Positions 19,541-30,805 of a DNA stretch of 64,000 nt are shown here, piece by piece. The notes beneath the pieces are model-generated. The model saw only the letters and a list, made by a program, of their open reading frames with translations, ran no database searches and was not told where the DNA came from. Made by a program: the position numbers and the translations under genes. The stretch's first letter is position 1. Each line of letters begins with the position of its first letter. This stretch comes from Comamonadaceae bacterium (GTDB taxonomy: Bacteria; Pseudomonadota; Gammaproteobacteria; Burkholderiales; Burkholderiaceae_C), in assembly GCA_030602185.1 (NCBI GenBank), contig JAUWAE010000001.1, positions 1,184 to 65,183 of the forward strand, written 5' to 3'.

Positions 19541-20701
19541 TCAGCTCAGCAGCGCCTGCGAAAACTCGCGTGCCGAGAAAGTTTGCAGGTCTTCCAGCTT
19601 TTCGCCGACACCGATGAAATACACCGGCACCACGCGGCCCTGCTGTTGCCCCCACATGGCGATCGCCGCCAGCACGCCACCCTTGGCGGTGCCATCCAGC
19701 TTGGTGACAACCAGCCCGGTGAGCTGCAGCGCCTGATCGAACGCTTTCACCTGCGCCAGCGCGTTCTGCCCGGTGTTGCCATCGATCACCAGCAGCACTT
19801 CGTGCGGGGCGGTGCTGTCGGCTTTCTGGACGACGCGCTTGATCTTTTTGAGCTCCTCCATCAGGTGCAACTGGGTGGGCAGGCGGCCGGCGGTGTCGAC
19901 GATGACCACGTCCTTGCCCCGGGCCTTGCCGGCGCTGACCGCATCGAAGCTCACCGCGGCCGGATCACCGCCGTCCTGGCTCACGATGTCTACCGTGTTG
20001 CGGTCGGCCCATACCGACAGTTGTTCGCGCGCGGCGGCGCGGAAGGTGTCGGCGGCCGCCAGGAGCACCGAGGCACCGGCGTGGGACAGGTGCCATGTGA
20101 GCTTGCCGATCGTCGTGGTCTTGCCGGCGCCATTCACGCCGGCCACCATCAGTACGGTGGGCCCGTCGGGCTGGGCGCCGATCGGCAGTGACCGTTCCAG
20201 CGGCTGCAGCAGGTCGGTCAGCGCCTCGGCCAGCAGGCGCTTGACGTCGGCCGGATCGGTGCATTTCTCGGCTTTGACGCGGCGCTTGAGGTCCTCGAGC
20301 AGGTGGGCCGTGGCCTGGGTGCCGGTGTCGGCCATCAGCAGTGCGGCTTCAAGCTCTTCGTAGAGCGCGTCGTCGATGCGGGTGCCGGTGAAGACCGTGG
20401 CGAGGCTGCTGCCGGTCTTTTTCAGCCCGGCGCTGAGGCGGTGGAGCCATCCCTGACGCGGCTCGACCGGTGCCGGGGGGGCTTCGGTGCTCACGGCCAC
20501 CGGCGCGGCGGGCTCGATCGCCTGCTTCTCGACCGGCGGGGCGGACGGGGCCTGCGGAGGGGTCGGTTGCGTGGCCGGTTGCAGGGCGGGTGGTGCTGCG
20601 GGCGATGGTGGGGGTGACGGTGCGGCCGAGGGAGCAGGCGCCGGCGCAGGTGGCTCCGCCGGCGGTGAGGAGAAGAATTTTTTCTTGAGGTAACTGAACA
20701 T
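19541..20701 (-). CDS. ftsY: Signal recognition particle receptor FtsY
   Basis: ATG 20701 (MFSYLKKKFF). The N-region is Pro/Ala-rich. NG-domain motifs are GVNGAGKTTTIGKL, DTAGRL and TKLDGTAKGG. Confidence 0.95.
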   Translation of the reverse strand: MFSYLKKKFFSSPPAEPPAPAPAPSAAPSPPPSPAAPPALQPATQPTPPQAPSAPPVEKQAIEPAAPVAVSTEAPPAPVEPRQGWLHRLSAGLKKTGSSLATVFTGTRIDDALYEELEAALLMADTGTQATAHLLEDLKRRVKAEKCTDPADVKRLLAEALTDLLQPLERSLPIGAQPDGPTVLMVAGVNGAGKTTTIGKLTWHLSHAGASVLLAAADTFRAAAREQLSVWADRNTVDIVSQDGGDPAAVSFDAVSAGKARGKDVVIVDTAGRLPTQLHLMEELKKIKRVVQKADSTAPHEVLLVIDGNTGQNALAQVKAFDQALQLTGLVVTKLDGTAKGGVLAAIAMWGQQQGRVVPVYFIGVGEKLEDLQTFSAREFSQALLS

Positions 20702-20731
20702 TTGACGGGTTTCTGGAATCATCTGCATTCT

Positions 20732-22183
20732 ATGAAACCCTTGCAACGTTTGCTGGCCCGTGCCAGGCGGGCCGTATGGATTGCGACATGGTCCACGCTG
20801 GGTGCCGTGGGCCTGGCCCAGGCGGGCAGCCCTGCCACCCAGTCAGCCCTCCGGTCCGCTGACCGGGCGGTGGCACCGGCCGCCGCGGTGGCCGAACGCT
20901 TCACCCTGTCGAATGGCATGACGCTGATCGTTCAGCCCGACCGCCGGGCGCCGACGGCGGTGCACATGGTCTGGGTGCGTGTCGGCTCGATGGACGAGGT
21001 GGATGGTCAGTCGGGTGTGGCGCACGTGTTGGAGCACATGCTGTTCAAGGGCACCGACACCCTGGCCGAAGGCGAGTTTTCGCGCCGTGTGGCGGCCTTG
21101 GGGGGGCGCGACAACGCCTTCACCAGCCGCGACGTCACCGCCTACCACCAGCAGGTGCCGGCCGACCGCCTGGAGGCGGTGATGCAGCTGGAGGCGGATC
21201 GCTTCGCTCGCAACCGCTGGCCCGACGACGCCTTTCAGCGCGAAATGGGGGTGATCCAGGAAGAACGCCGCCAGCGGGTGGAGGAGTCGCCCCAGGCTCG
21301 CTTGTTCGAGTTGTTCAATGCCACGGCGTTCAAGGCCCACCCCTACCGCCGCCCGATCATCGGGTGGATGGCCGACCTGCAGGCGCTGCGCGCCGACGAG
21401 GTGCGTGATTTCTACCGGCGATGGTACGTGCCATCGAACGCGGCCGTGGTCGTGGTCGGTGACGTCGATGTCCAGGCCGTGCGCGCCATGGCCGAGCGCC
21501 ATTACGGCCGTATTCCCGCGGCCGGTTTGCCCGTGCGCAAGCCTCTGACCGAGCCACTTCAGCAAGGGCCTCGGCGCGTCGAGCTGCGTGCGCGGGCCCA
21601 GCAACCCCTGCTGCTGATGGGGTACAAGGTACCGCAGCTGGCCCACCCGCTGGACGAGAGCAGCGCCGCTGCCGACGCTTTGGCGCTCACCCTGCTGGCT
21701 GGTGTGCTCGACGGACACAGCGCGGCCCGGCTCGAGCGGGCGCTGGTGCAGGGACGCCAGCCCGATGGCCGTCTGGGCGAGCGGGTGGCCGACCATGCCG
21801 GCGCGTCGTATGGCCTGTCGGGGCGTGGGCCACAGCTGTTCCTGCTCAGCGCGGCACCCGCGCAGGGGGTGGCGCCGCAGCAGCTTGAAGCGGCGCTCAA
21901 GGCCGAGTTGCGCCGTGTGGCCGAAGACGGGGTCACGCCGGCCGAGCTGCAACGCGTCAAGAACCAGTGGGCCGCCAGCGAAGTGTTCAAGCGCGACTCC
22001 ATGTTTGCCCTCGCCCGTGAGCTGGGCGAGCATTGGGCGCTCGACTGGCCGCTGGACGCGTCGGAGCGGTTGATGGCACGCCTGCGCGCGGTCACGCCGG
22101 AGCATGTGCAGGCGGTGGCACGCCGCTATTTTGCCGACGACCAATTGACGGTCGGCTGGCTCACACCGCAGGAGCAGCCATGA
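20732..22183 (+). CDS. M16 family zinc peptidase, catalytic-type subunit
   Basis: ATG 20732, signal peptide, intact HxxEH motif (GVAHVLEHMLFKG). Confidence 0.8.
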   Translation: MKPLQRLLARARRAVWIATWSTLGAVGLAQAGSPATQSALRSADRAVAPAAAVAERFTLSNGMTLIVQPDRRAPTAVHMVWVRVGSMDEVDGQSGVAHVLEHMLFKGTDTLAEGEFSRRVAALGGRDNAFTSRDVTAYHQQVPADRLEAVMQLEADRFARNRWPDDAFQREMGVIQEERRQRVEESPQARLFELFNATAFKAHPYRRPIIGWMADLQALRADEVRDFYRRWYVPSNAAVVVVGDVDVQAVRAMAERHYGRIPAAGLPVRKPLTEPLQQGPRRVELRARAQQPLLLMGYKVPQLAHPLDESSAAADALALTLLAGVLDGHSAARLERALVQGRQPDGRLGERVADHAGASYGLSGRGPQLFLLSAAPAQGVAPQQLEAALKAELRRVAEDGVTPAELQRVKNQWAASEVFKRDSMFALARELGEHWALDWPLDASERLMARLRAVTPEHVQAVARRYFADDQLTVGWLTPQEQP

Positions 22184-23529
22184 GCACCGTCATGTACCGT
22201 GCGATCCGCCGGTGGGCAACCGGGCTGGTGGCTGCGCTGGCCTGGGTGGCCGTTGGCGCACAGGCGGCGTTGCCGATCGACCATTGGGTCCGGCCAGACG
22301 GCGCCCGTGTCTACCTGGTGCGCACCGACGCACTGCCCATGCTCGACGTGCAGGTGGACGTGGACGCCGGCAGCCGGCGCGACCCGGCCCACGTGGCGGG
22401 GCTGGCGGGCGCTACAGCGCTGATGCTCGGCAAGGGCGTGGCCCCCGCAGCCGGCCGTCCGGGCCTTGACGAAAACGCCCTGGTCGAGGCCTGGGCCGAC
22501 CTGGGAGCGCAGTTCGGTGTGGCGGCGTCCAGCGACCGCATGAGCTTCACCTTACGCACGCTGGTGGAGCCGGAGCTGCTGCAGGCAGCGGTGGGACTGG
22601 CCGCCCGCCAGCTGGCCGCACCGGCCTTCCCGGCCGAGGTCTGGGTCCGCGAACGCCAGCGGCTACAGGCCGCCTGGCAGGACGCCCAGACCCGCCCCGC
22701 CACGGTGGCCGGGCGGCGGTTTGCCGAGGCGGTGTACGGCAGCCACCCTTATGGACAGGAGCCTCGGCCCGACACCTGGGCTGCCATCGACACCACGGCG
22801 ATGCGGGACTTCTACCGCCGCCATGCGCGTGCGTGCGATGCCCGCATCACGCTGGTGGGTGCGATGGATCGGCCGGCAGCCGACGCCCTGGTCCAGCGCC
22901 TGCTGGCCGGGTGGGCCGACCACGGGTGCGCCGCCTTGCCGCCGGTGGCCGAAGTCGCGCCTCTGGCGGCCGCGCAGCGGCTGGACGTGCCTTTTCCGGC
23001 CGCCCAGGCCCAGGTGCTCATTGGCCAGCCCGGCATGGCGCGCAGCGACCCCGATTTCCTGCCGCTGACGGTGGGTAACCATGTGCTGGGCGGTGGTGGT
23101 TTCACGTCGCGTCTGATGCAGGAACTGCGCGAGAAGCGCGGCCTCACGTACGGCGTTTACAGCTATTTTTCGCCGGGTCGCCACGCCGGCGCCTTCACCG
23201 TGGGGGTGCAGACCCGCCCCGACCAGGCGAGCCAGGCGGTCGATCTGGTGCACCACGAACTGCGCCGTTTCATGGAAGAGGGGCCAACCGAACAGGAACT
23301 GGCCGAGGCCAAGGCCTCGTTGATCAACGGTTTTGCGTTGCGCCTGGACAGCAACCGCAAGTTGCTGGACACCGTGGCTGGCATGGCCTGGAATGACCTG
23401 CCCCTCGATTACCTCGACCGCTGGACGGAACAGGTCGCGGCGATCGACCGTGCCCAGGTGCAGCGTGCGTTCCGGCGCGTCTTGCAGACCGACCGCTGGG
23501 TGACCGTGGTCGTGGGGGGTGCCCCATGA
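22180..23529 (+). CDS. M16 family peptidase-like protein, non-catalytic-type subunit
   Basis: ATG 22180 overlaps the upstream stop (ATGA). It has the M16 fold but lacks HxxEH (GLAGATALMLGKG). Confidence 0.75.
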   Translation: MSTVMYRAIRRWATGLVAALAWVAVGAQAALPIDHWVRPDGARVYLVRTDALPMLDVQVDVDAGSRRDPAHVAGLAGATALMLGKGVAPAAGRPGLDENALVEAWADLGAQFGVAASSDRMSFTLRTLVEPELLQAAVGLAARQLAAPAFPAEVWVRERQRLQAAWQDAQTRPATVAGRRFAEAVYGSHPYGQEPRPDTWAAIDTTAMRDFYRRHARACDARITLVGAMDRPAADALVQRLLAGWADHGCAALPPVAEVAPLAAAQRLDVPFPAAQAQVLIGQPGMARSDPDFLPLTVGNHVLGGGGFTSRLMQELREKRGLTYGVYSYFSPGRHAGAFTVGVQTRPDQASQAVDLVHHELRRFMEEGPTEQELAEAKASLINGFALRLDSNRKLLDTVAGMAWNDLPLDYLDRWTEQVAAIDRAQVQRAFRRVLQTDRWVTVVVGGAP

Positions 23530-24151
23530 AGCCGCTCCGTGGTGCCCATGGCGCTCAGTCCCCGGGCGAGGTCCGCATCATCGGTGGGCTGTGGAAACGC
23601 AGCAAGCTGCAGGTACCGGTGCGACCGGGCCTGCGCCCCACCCCAGACCGGGTGCGCGAGACGCTGTTCAACTGGCTGGGGCAGGACCTGCATGGCTGGC
23701 GCTGCCTCGACGCGTTTGCCGGCAGCGGGGCGCTCGGTTTCGAGGCCGCGTCCCGAGGGGCTGCCGAGGTGTGGTTGGTGGAAGCCGACGCCGGCCTTGC
23801 GGCCGGCCTGAAGGCCAATGCCCAGCGGTTGCAGGCGGGCCAGGTGCAGGTGCGTGCGGGCGATGCGCTGGCGGTCTTGCGCGGTGCGCCACCGGGTGTG
23901 TGGGATGTGGTGTTCCTCGACCCGCCGTTCGACCGGGATGCGGCTGGCGGTGCGTCGCTGTTCGAACAAGCGCTGAAAGCGGCTGTCCCCCTCCTGCGCC
24001 ACGACGGCTGGCTCTACCTCGAGGCGCCCCGGCCCTGGAGCGATGAAGCCCTGGCCGCACTTGGTCTGCATGCCCACCGGCGCCTGAAAGCAGGGGCCGT
24101 GCACGCGCACCTGCTCGTGCGCCTGGGGCCGAGCGGCGATAATCCCACCCC

Positions 24152-24155
<4 letters not shown>
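23526..24155 (+). CDS. rsmD: 16S rRNA (guanine966-N2)-methyltransferase
   Basis: DAFAGSGALGFEAASRGA and VVFLDPPF motifs. ATGA overlap with the upstream gene. Confidence 0.85.
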
Positions 24156-24935
<780 letters not shown>

Positions 24936-24971
24936 CGGTCGGCTGAACGAAACGCCCGCCGAGCGGCTCCG

Positions 24972-25598
24972 TCAGGAGGGTGTGTCGGGGCCGCTGGCAG
25001 CCGGTTTCGGTGGCTTGGGGCGCGGCGGTTTGCTGGTATGGATGGCCACCGTGGCCTTCTCGGGCTGGCCGGCGAGCAGGTCGGGCAAGGCGCGCACCGA
25101 GCGTTCGATCGCGGCCTGCAGGGCATCGCGCTGCTCAGGGGCCGGCTTTTTCAGCACCCAGTTGGCTACTTCCGACTTGTGCCCCGGGTGGCCGATGCCC
25201 AGGCGCAGGCGCCAGTAGTCCGGGCTGCCCAGCTGGGCATGGATGTCGCGCAGGCCATTGTGCCCGGCGTGCCCGCCGCCTTTCTTGAGCCGGGCGTCAC
25301 CGGGCGGCAGGTCGAGCTCGTCGTGCGCCACCAGAATCTGTTCCGGCGCAATCTTGTAGAAGCGGGCCAGCGCGGCCACCGCCTGGCCAGAGCGGTTCAT
25401 GTAGGTCATGGGCTCCAGCAGCCACAGCGGTTGGCCGTCGTGCGTGGCCCGGGCCACCAGGCCGAAGTAGCTGCGCTCGGGCTGCAGGTGAACCTTGAGC
25501 TCGCGCGCCACGGCTTCCAGCCACCAGAAGCCGGCGTTGTGTCGCGTGTCTTCGTACTCGGGCCCCGGATTGCCCAGGCCGACCAGGAGTTTGAACAT
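24972..25598 (-). CDS. pth: Peptidyl-tRNA hydrolase
   Basis: ATG 25598. Sequence reads [26 protein letters not shown]. Confidence 0.95.
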   Translation of the reverse strand: MFKLLVGLGNPGPEYEDTRHNAGFWWLEAVARELKVHLQPERSYFGLVARATHDGQPLWLLEPMTYMNRSGQAVAALARFYKIAPEQILVAHDELDLPPGDARLKKGGGHAGHNGLRDIHAQLGSPDYWRLRLGIGHPGHKSEVANWVLKKPAPEQRDALQAAIERSVRALPDLLAGQPEKATVAIHTSKPPRPKPPKPAASGPDTPS

Positions 25599-25676
25599 TG
25601 GCGGTGTTCCCATGAAAAAAGGCCCGCAGTGCGGGCCCCGAGGCAACCACGGGCGGCATGGCCACCCGTGCAGGCA

Positions 25677-26300
25677 TTACTTCTTGCCCTTCTTGCCCTT
25701 CTTGTCGTCGGCGGCGGCCACCGGCGCAGCGATCACCTCTTCCACCGGTTCCACGATGGTGGCGATGGTCGGGTTCGGCTTGCCATGGGTGACGATCTTC
25801 ACGCCGGCCGGCAGTTGCAGGTCGTTGGCGTGGATGGACTGGCCCTTGACGACGTTGCCCAGGTCGACGGTGATGAACTCGGGCAGCTGGGTGGCCAGGC
25901 ACTCGATCTCGATCTCGGTGGCGACGTGGTTCACCAGGCACTTGTCCTGCTTGACGGCCGGCGAGTTTTCGGCGTTGACGAAGTGCAGAGGGATCTTCTT
26001 GCGCAGGCGTGTCTTTTCATCGACGCGCTGGAAGTCCACGTGCAGCACTTGCGGCTTGAAGGGGTGGTATTGCACATCGCGCAGCAGCACCTTCTGCACC
26101 TGGCCGTTCAGCTCCATGTCGAGGATGGAGGCGTGGAAGGCTTCCTTGTGCAGCGCGTGCCACAGGGCATTGTGGTCGAGCTCGATGGTGGCGGGGGCGA
26201 TACCGCCACCGAAAACGATACCGGGCGCACGGCCGGTGTTGCGCAGGCGGCGGCTCGCACCCGTACCCTGCTGTTGGCGCTCAAAAGCGACGAATTGCAT
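25677..26300 (-). CDS. rplY: 50S ribosomal protein L25 (Ctc form)
   Basis: ATG 26300. Sequence reads [32 protein letters not shown], with a Lys-rich C-terminus. Confidence 0.9.
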   Translation of the reverse strand: MQFVAFERQQQGTGASRRLRNTGRAPGIVFGGGIAPATIELDHNALWHALHKEAFHASILDMELNGQVQKVLLRDVQYHPFKPQVLHVDFQRVDEKTRLRKKIPLHFVNAENSPAVKQDKCLVNHVATEIEIECLATQLPEFITVDLGNVVKGQSIHANDLQLPAGVKIVTHGKPNPTIATIVEPVEEVIAAPVAAADDKKGKKGKK

Positions 26301-26348
26301 GGTTGACTCCATAAGGGGCTCGGCCGCGACCAGCTCGAACCCAGACTG

Positions 26349-26382
26349 AAAAAACGCCCGTTGGCCACCTGGCCTTCGGGCG
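26349..26382 (-). terminator. Hairpin plus T-run between prs and rplY (terminator or attenuator)
   Basis: The minus strand reads cgcccg-aa-ggcc-aggt-ggcc-aa-cgggcg followed by TTTTTT. Confidence 0.65.
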
Positions 26383-26411
26383 CGGCTGATGCCCGCGTGG
26401 CAACCTTCGGC

Positions 26412-27398
26412 TCAGGCCGAGTGGTCTGCGTCGGCGAACAAACTCATCACCGACTCACCGCTGGCGATCCGCGCGATGGTCTCGGCCATCAGCGGTGCCA
26501 CGGAGAGTTGGCGGATCTTGGAGCAGGCCTGGGCGGCCTGGCTCAAGGGGATGGTGTTGGTCACGACGACTTCGTCCAGGGCCGAGCCCTTGGCGATGCG
26601 GTCGATGGCCGGGCCCGAAAAGATCGGGTGGGTGCAGTAGGCGTACACGTTCTTGGCACCGCGCTCCTTGAGCACCTCGGCCGCCTTCACCAGCGTGCCG
26701 GCGGTGTCGATCATGTCGTCCATGATCACGCAGTTGCGGCCTTCGATGTCGCCAATGACGTGCATCACTTCCGACACGTTGGGCTTAGGGCGGCGCTTGT
26801 CGATGATCGCCATGTCGCAGTTCAGCTGCTTGGCGAGCGCCCGGGCGCGCACCACGCCGCCGACATCGGGCGACACGACCAGCAGGTCGGGGTAGTTCTT
26901 CTGCCGCAGGTCGCCCAGCAGCACGGGCGAGGCGTAGATGTTGTCGACCGGGATGTCGAAGAAGCCCTGGATCTGGTCGGCGTGCAGGTCCATGGTCAGC
27001 ACGCGGTTGACGCCCACGGTCTGCAGCATGTTGGCCACCACCTTGGCGCTGATGGGCACACGGCTGGAACGCGGCCGGCGGTCCTGGCGGGCATAACCGT
27101 AGTAGGGGATCACCGCGGAGATGCGCGCGGCGGACGCCCGCTTGAGCGCATCGACCATGATGATGAGTTCCATCAGGTTCTCATTGGTCGGTGCACAAGT
27201 GGACTGGACCACGAACACGTCGCGGGCACGGACGTTCTGGGTGATTTCTACAGTCACCTCACCATCGGAAAAACGGCCGACGTTGGCGGCCCCGAGTGTG
27301 GTACCGAGGTGTTGGGCGATTTCAGCGGCCAGTACCGGATTGGCATTGCCGGTAAAGATCATGAAATCCGGTGCTTGCACTGGCGTGGAGACTTGCAT
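26412..27398 (-). CDS. prs: Ribose-phosphate pyrophosphokinase (canonical)
   Basis: ATG 27398 (alternative 27362). Motifs are [24 protein letters not shown] and [10 protein letters not shown]. Confidence 0.95.
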   Translation of the reverse strand: MQVSTPVQAPDFMIFTGNANPVLAAEIAQHLGTTLGAANVGRFSDGEVTVEITQNVRARDVFVVQSTCAPTNENLMELIIMVDALKRASAARISAVIPYYGYARQDRRPRSSRVPISAKVVANMLQTVGVNRVLTMDLHADQIQGFFDIPVDNIYASPVLLGDLRQKNYPDLLVVSPDVGGVVRARALAKQLNCDMAIIDKRRPKPNVSEVMHVIGDIEGRNCVIMDDMIDTAGTLVKAAEVLKERGAKNVYAYCTHPIFSGPAIDRIAKGSALDEVVVTNTIPLSQAAQACSKIRQLSVAPLMAETIARIASGESVMSLFADADHSA

Positions 27399-27424
27399 GG
27401 AATGACCGGCGCAGGAAAAAGATT

Positions 27425-27501
27425 TGGCAGGGGAGGAAGGATTCGAACCCTCGTATGTCGGAATCAAAATCCGATGCCTTAACCAACTTGGCGACTCCCC
27501 T
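27425..27501 (-). tRNA. tRNA-Gln (anticodon TTG)
   Basis: Minus strand: AGGGGAGTCGCCAAGTTGG...TCGGA-TTTTGAT-TCCGA...CTCCCCTGCCA. It has a 7-bp acceptor stem, anticodon loop TT-TTG-AT and an encoded CCA. Confidence 0.95.
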
Positions 27502-27569
27502 ACACTGGCTTGCCGCTGATGCGACACACCGAATGCAGTGTTAGCTCGACTGTTTGAGTAACAGCTGGC

Positions 27570-27575
27570 ATTATA
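27570..27575 (-). promoter_or_regulatory. Candidate -10 box (TATAAT) for tRNA-Gln/prs
   Basis: The minus strand reads tagcggcTATAATGcc immediately after the ispE stop, about 68 nt upstream of the mature tRNA 5' end. Confidence 0.35.
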
Positions 27576-27579
27576 GCCG

Positions 27580-28440
27580 CTAAATCCACTCAAGCAGAGG
27601 ATGCTTGCTCAAATTGCTGCAAATTTTTGCGATCCATCCGTTCGGTAGCGGCTCGGCTTCAAAGCCTGAAACTACCGGTGCGAACAGCGCGCTGCCTGAG
27701 CCTGTCATGCGGCCGTTAAGGCCGTTTTTTGCCATCCATTTGAGCCCGACTTCGATGTCGGGGCACAGCCGGCTGGCCACAGGCTGCAAGACATTGCAAC
27801 CGAACCCGAAGGTGTCTGTTACATCAACTGCAGCAAAGTCCGCTATTGTAGCCATATTTTCGTCCCGTTTCAAATCCGGGCTCTGAAAAATCGCGGGTGT
27901 GGAGACGCCGGTGGGTGGCTTGAGCACCAGGAACCGTGCCGGGGGCAGGGCGATTGGGGTGAGCTGCTCGCCGATGCCTTCGACCCAGGCGTTGTGCCCG
28001 CCGAGGAAAAACGGCACGTCGGCCCCCAGTTGGGCGCCGAGCGAGAGGAGCCGCTCGCGCGGCCAGTGCAGCCCCCAGAGGCGGTTGAGCGCGAGCAGGG
28101 TCGAGGCGGCGTCGCTGGAGCCGCCGCCGAGCCCGGCCTCCATCGGCAGGCGTTTGTCCAGGGTGATGTCGGCTCCCAGGGGGCAAGCGCTGGCGCTTTG
28201 CAGCAGGTGGGCGGCTCGCCAGACGAGGTCGTGCGCGGGCAGTGGGGGCGCATCGCCGTTGGCGTCGTGGCGGCGCAGCAGACCGTCGCTGCGGCGCTCG
28301 AAGTGCAGGGTGTCGGCCCAGTCGATGAGCATGAACACGGACTGCAGCAGGTGGTAGCCGTCGGCGCGCCGACCGACCACGTGCAGGAACAGGTTGAGCT
28401 TGGCGGGCGCAGGGACGTCCAGCAGTTGGGTCAAGGCCAT
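27580..28440 (-). CDS. ispE: 4-(cytidine 5'-diphospho)-2-C-methyl-D-erythritol kinase
   Basis: [19 protein letters not shown] and [18 protein letters not shown]-kinase motifs. Confidence 0.95.
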   Translation of the reverse strand: MALTQLLDVPAPAKLNLFLHVVGRRADGYHLLQSVFMLIDWADTLHFERRSDGLLRRHDANGDAPPLPAHDLVWRAAHLLQSASACPLGADITLDKRLPMEAGLGGGSSDAASTLLALNRLWGLHWPRERLLSLGAQLGADVPFFLGGHNAWVEGIGEQLTPIALPPARFLVLKPPTGVSTPAIFQSPDLKRDENMATIADFAAVDVTDTFGFGCNVLQPVASRLCPDIEVGLKWMAKNGLNGRMTGSGSALFAPVVSGFEAEPLPNGWIAKICSNLSKHPLLEWI

Positions 28441-28447
28441 GGGTGGG

Positions 28448-28951
28448 TCATTGCAAGACGAGGCGCAGCTGCACCGCGGGCAAGGGGTGCAGCCGTTGGG
28501 CCGACAGGCGGCCTTCGGCGTGACGGCTCAGGTCGGCGGTCCAGCCCGGGATGCTGGCCGACTGGCCGCGCAGCCAGGCAAACAGGGCGGGCAGGGGCAG
28601 GGCGGTGCCGGTCAGTTCGGTCGTCAGGGTGTCGGTGTCGGGGTAGAGGCGGGTGTCGTCGCCGCGCCGCAGCATGGCCTGGGCGGGGGTCCAGCTGGCG
28701 GTCGCCACGGTCTGGCCCAGCGGGGTCATGAGGCGCAATTCGCCGCTGTCGGCATTGCCCAGCAGCTCGAAGGCGCCGCTGAGGCGCTGTGGTGGCTCGC
28801 TGTCGATCTGCAGCGACAGGCGGCCAGCCCAGTACGACTCGGGCCGTTCTTCGTGCGGGCGTGGCGGCGTGGCGCAGCCACCCAGGGCCAGGGCGGCCGC
28901 GCCGCTCAGCGCCCCGTGCAACCAGGTGCGGCGGGACAGTGGAGCGCTCAC
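28448..28951 (-). CDS. lolB: Outer-membrane lipoprotein LolB
   Basis: GTG 28951 overlaps the upstream stop (GTGA). Lipobox is LALGGC. It occupies the conserved lolB-ispE position. The ORF track extends to 29026, so the start is uncertain. Confidence 0.75.
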   Translation of the reverse strand: MSAPLSRRTWLHGALSGAAALALGGCATPPRPHEERPESYWAGRLSLQIDSEPPQRLSGAFELLGNADSGELRLMTPLGQTVATASWTPAQAMLRRGDDTRLYPDTDTLTTELTGTALPLPALFAWLRGQSASIPGWTADLSRHAEGRLSAQRLHPLPAVQLRLVLQ

Positions 28952-30759
28952 GGCTGCACCTGCAGGCGGCGCAGGGTTTGCAGCAGCGTCTCGTTGTCCG
29001 GGGCCAGCAGCAGGCCTTCTCGCCACACGGCCAGGGCGGCCTCGCGCTGGTTCAGCACCCAGTGGACCTCGCCCAGGTGGGCGGCGATTTCGGCGTCCGG
29101 CCGGCGCTGGTAGGCGTCGCGCAGGATGCGCAGCGCGTCGCCATGGTTGCCCAGGCGGAACTCGACCCAGCCCAGGCTGTCGAGGATGTAGGGGTCGTTG
29201 GGGGCATGGCGCAGGGCTTGCTGGATCAGGGCTTTGGCTTCGGGCAGGCGCTCGTTGCGGTCGGCCAGGGAATAGCCCAGGGCGTTGTAGGCGTGGTGGA
29301 AGTCGGGCTGGCGGGCAATCAGGGCGCGCAGCAGGCGCTCCATGTCGCTGTGGCGTCCGGCCTTGTCGGCGGCCATGGCGTGTTCGTAGGCCAGGTCGGC
29401 ATCGTCGGGGAAGCGTTCGACGGCGGCGGCATAGGCCTCGAAGGCCAGCGCGTGCTGGCCCACGTCACGCAGCATCTGGGCTTCGGCCATGTATTGCCGG
29501 CGCAGTTCGGCGTCGTCGCGTGCGGCGGGTTGGCGCAGCAGGCGCCGCGCGTCGTCCAGCCGCCCCTGGCGGGCCAGCATGGTGGCACGGCGCAGCTGCG
29601 CTGCCAGCAGCGCATCGGCGTTCTCGATGCGGTCCAGCCAGGCGTTGGCGGCCACGAAATCGCCGCGCTGTTCGGCCGCCTGGGCCAGCTGCAGGAAAGC
29701 CTGGTTCTGGCCCGGGCCCGCTTCGGCAGCTGGCAGGTCGCGTGACAGGGTCAGGTAGCGCTGCAGGGCGGTTTCGGCTGCCTCGGGCTGGCGGCTCTGG
29801 ACCAGCAGGATGCCTTTGAGCAGCCAGGCCTGCGGCAACTCCGGGGCGCTGGCCAGCAGGCGGTCGAGTTCACGCTGGGCGGTGTCCCGCCGGCGCTGGT
29901 CGATCAGCACCCGCACGAACGCCAGGTGGATGCCGGTGCGTGCGTGCGAAGTTGGGGCGTTGGGCAGGTGCACGTAGCGTTCGACCAGGGGCAGGGCACC
30001 GGGTTGCTCGCGCTCCAGCAGTTCGAGGGCGAGCGTGGCGGCCGCGACAGAGCCGGGTTCCTGCGCCAGGGCGCGGCTGGCCGAGGCCAGGGCTTCGAGC
30101 GGTTGGTCTTGCGCCAGCTCCAGCCGGCCGAGGGTAGCCCAGGTCGTGGCGGCGGTGGCGGGGTCGGCCAGCGAAGGCGCCAGCGCCTCGCGCGCCGCCT
30201 GGGCGGCTGCTGTCTTGTCTGCACTGCGGGCCAGCGTCTGGGGAATGGCGGCGATGACCTCGTTGCGGCGTTCGGGTGGGCTCAGCCGGATGATCTGGCG
30301 CAGCGCGTTGGACACCTCGGCCGGCCGGTTGAGTGCGAGCAGGATTTGCAGTTCGTAGCGGTACGGCTCGTCGCTGTTGGGGTGCACCGTGGCCCATTGC
30401 CGGGCCGCGGACAGGGCGGCGTTGCCGGCGCGGCCCTGCAGGGCGATGTCCACCGCCCGCCGGTACAGCTCGGGGCGGCGGGTCCGGTTGGCGGCATCGA
30501 GCACCAGGGAGTAGGCCGATCCTGGGTCGTTGCGGCGCAGTTCCAGCTCACCCAGCAGCAACTGGTAGAACAGCTCGGCGTCCATGTCGGACGAAACGGG
30601 CGCGGCGACAGGTGCCGCGGGCGCTGCCGTTTGTGCCCCGGCGGCCAGGGCGCCGGTGAGGAGGCACAGTGCCACGCCGCGGCGCAGCCAGATGGGTCGG
30701 CGCGGCGGTGGGAACGGGCGCCTGTGCAGGCGGGGGTCGGCAGTGGCTTCCCTGGTCAT
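28948..30759 (-). CDS. Tetratricopeptide-repeat (TPR) protein with signal peptide
   Basis: ORF 28948-31314 trimmed to ATG 30759 (MTREATADPRL...). It has repeated TPR-like A/L/Y-rich 34-mers, and the upstream part of the ORF is antisense to fpg. Confidence 0.7.
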   Translation of the reverse strand: MTREATADPRLHRRPFPPPRRPIWLRRGVALCLLTGALAAGAQTAAPAAPVAAPVSSDMDAELFYQLLLGELELRRNDPGSAYSLVLDAANRTRRPELYRRAVDIALQGRAGNAALSAARQWATVHPNSDEPYRYELQILLALNRPAEVSNALRQIIRLSPPERRNEVIAAIPQTLARSADKTAAAQAAREALAPSLADPATAATTWATLGRLELAQDQPLEALASASRALAQEPGSVAAATLALELLEREQPGALPLVERYVHLPNAPTSHARTGIHLAFVRVLIDQRRRDTAQRELDRLLASAPELPQAWLLKGILLVQSRQPEAAETALQRYLTLSRDLPAAEAGPGQNQAFLQLAQAAEQRGDFVAANAWLDRIENADALLAAQLRRATMLARQGRLDDARRLLRQPAARDDAELRRQYMAEAQMLRDVGQHALAFEAYAAAVERFPDDADLAYEHAMAADKAGRHSDMERLLRALIARQPDFHHAYNALGYSLADRNERLPEAKALIQQALRHAPNDPYILDSLGWVEFRLGNHGDALRILRDAYQRRPDAEIAAHLGEVHWVLNQREAALAVWREGLLLAPDNETLLQTLRRLQVQP

Positions 30760-30805
30760 GCGGCCATGATAATGGAAGGCCGATGTTTCAGCCGTGAGCC
30801 CGCGC

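Noticed and set aside
20470-20690. Repetitive-looking GC-rich DNA encoding Pro/Ala repeats (also at 51420-51595); considered as possible tandem repeats or a CRISPR-like array.
   Set aside because: These are in-frame low-complexity coding segments: the FtsY acidic/Pro-rich N-region and the AKP tail of the small protein. There are no unit-length direct repeats with spacers. I saw no CRISPR-like repeat-spacer pattern anywhere in the window.
27576-27598. TTGAGT upstream of the tRNA-Gln TATAAT, considered as a -35 box because it is the same hexamer as at rplS.
   Set aside because: The spacing to the -10 box is only 12 nt. The hexamer is simply the ispE C-terminal codons (L-E-W).
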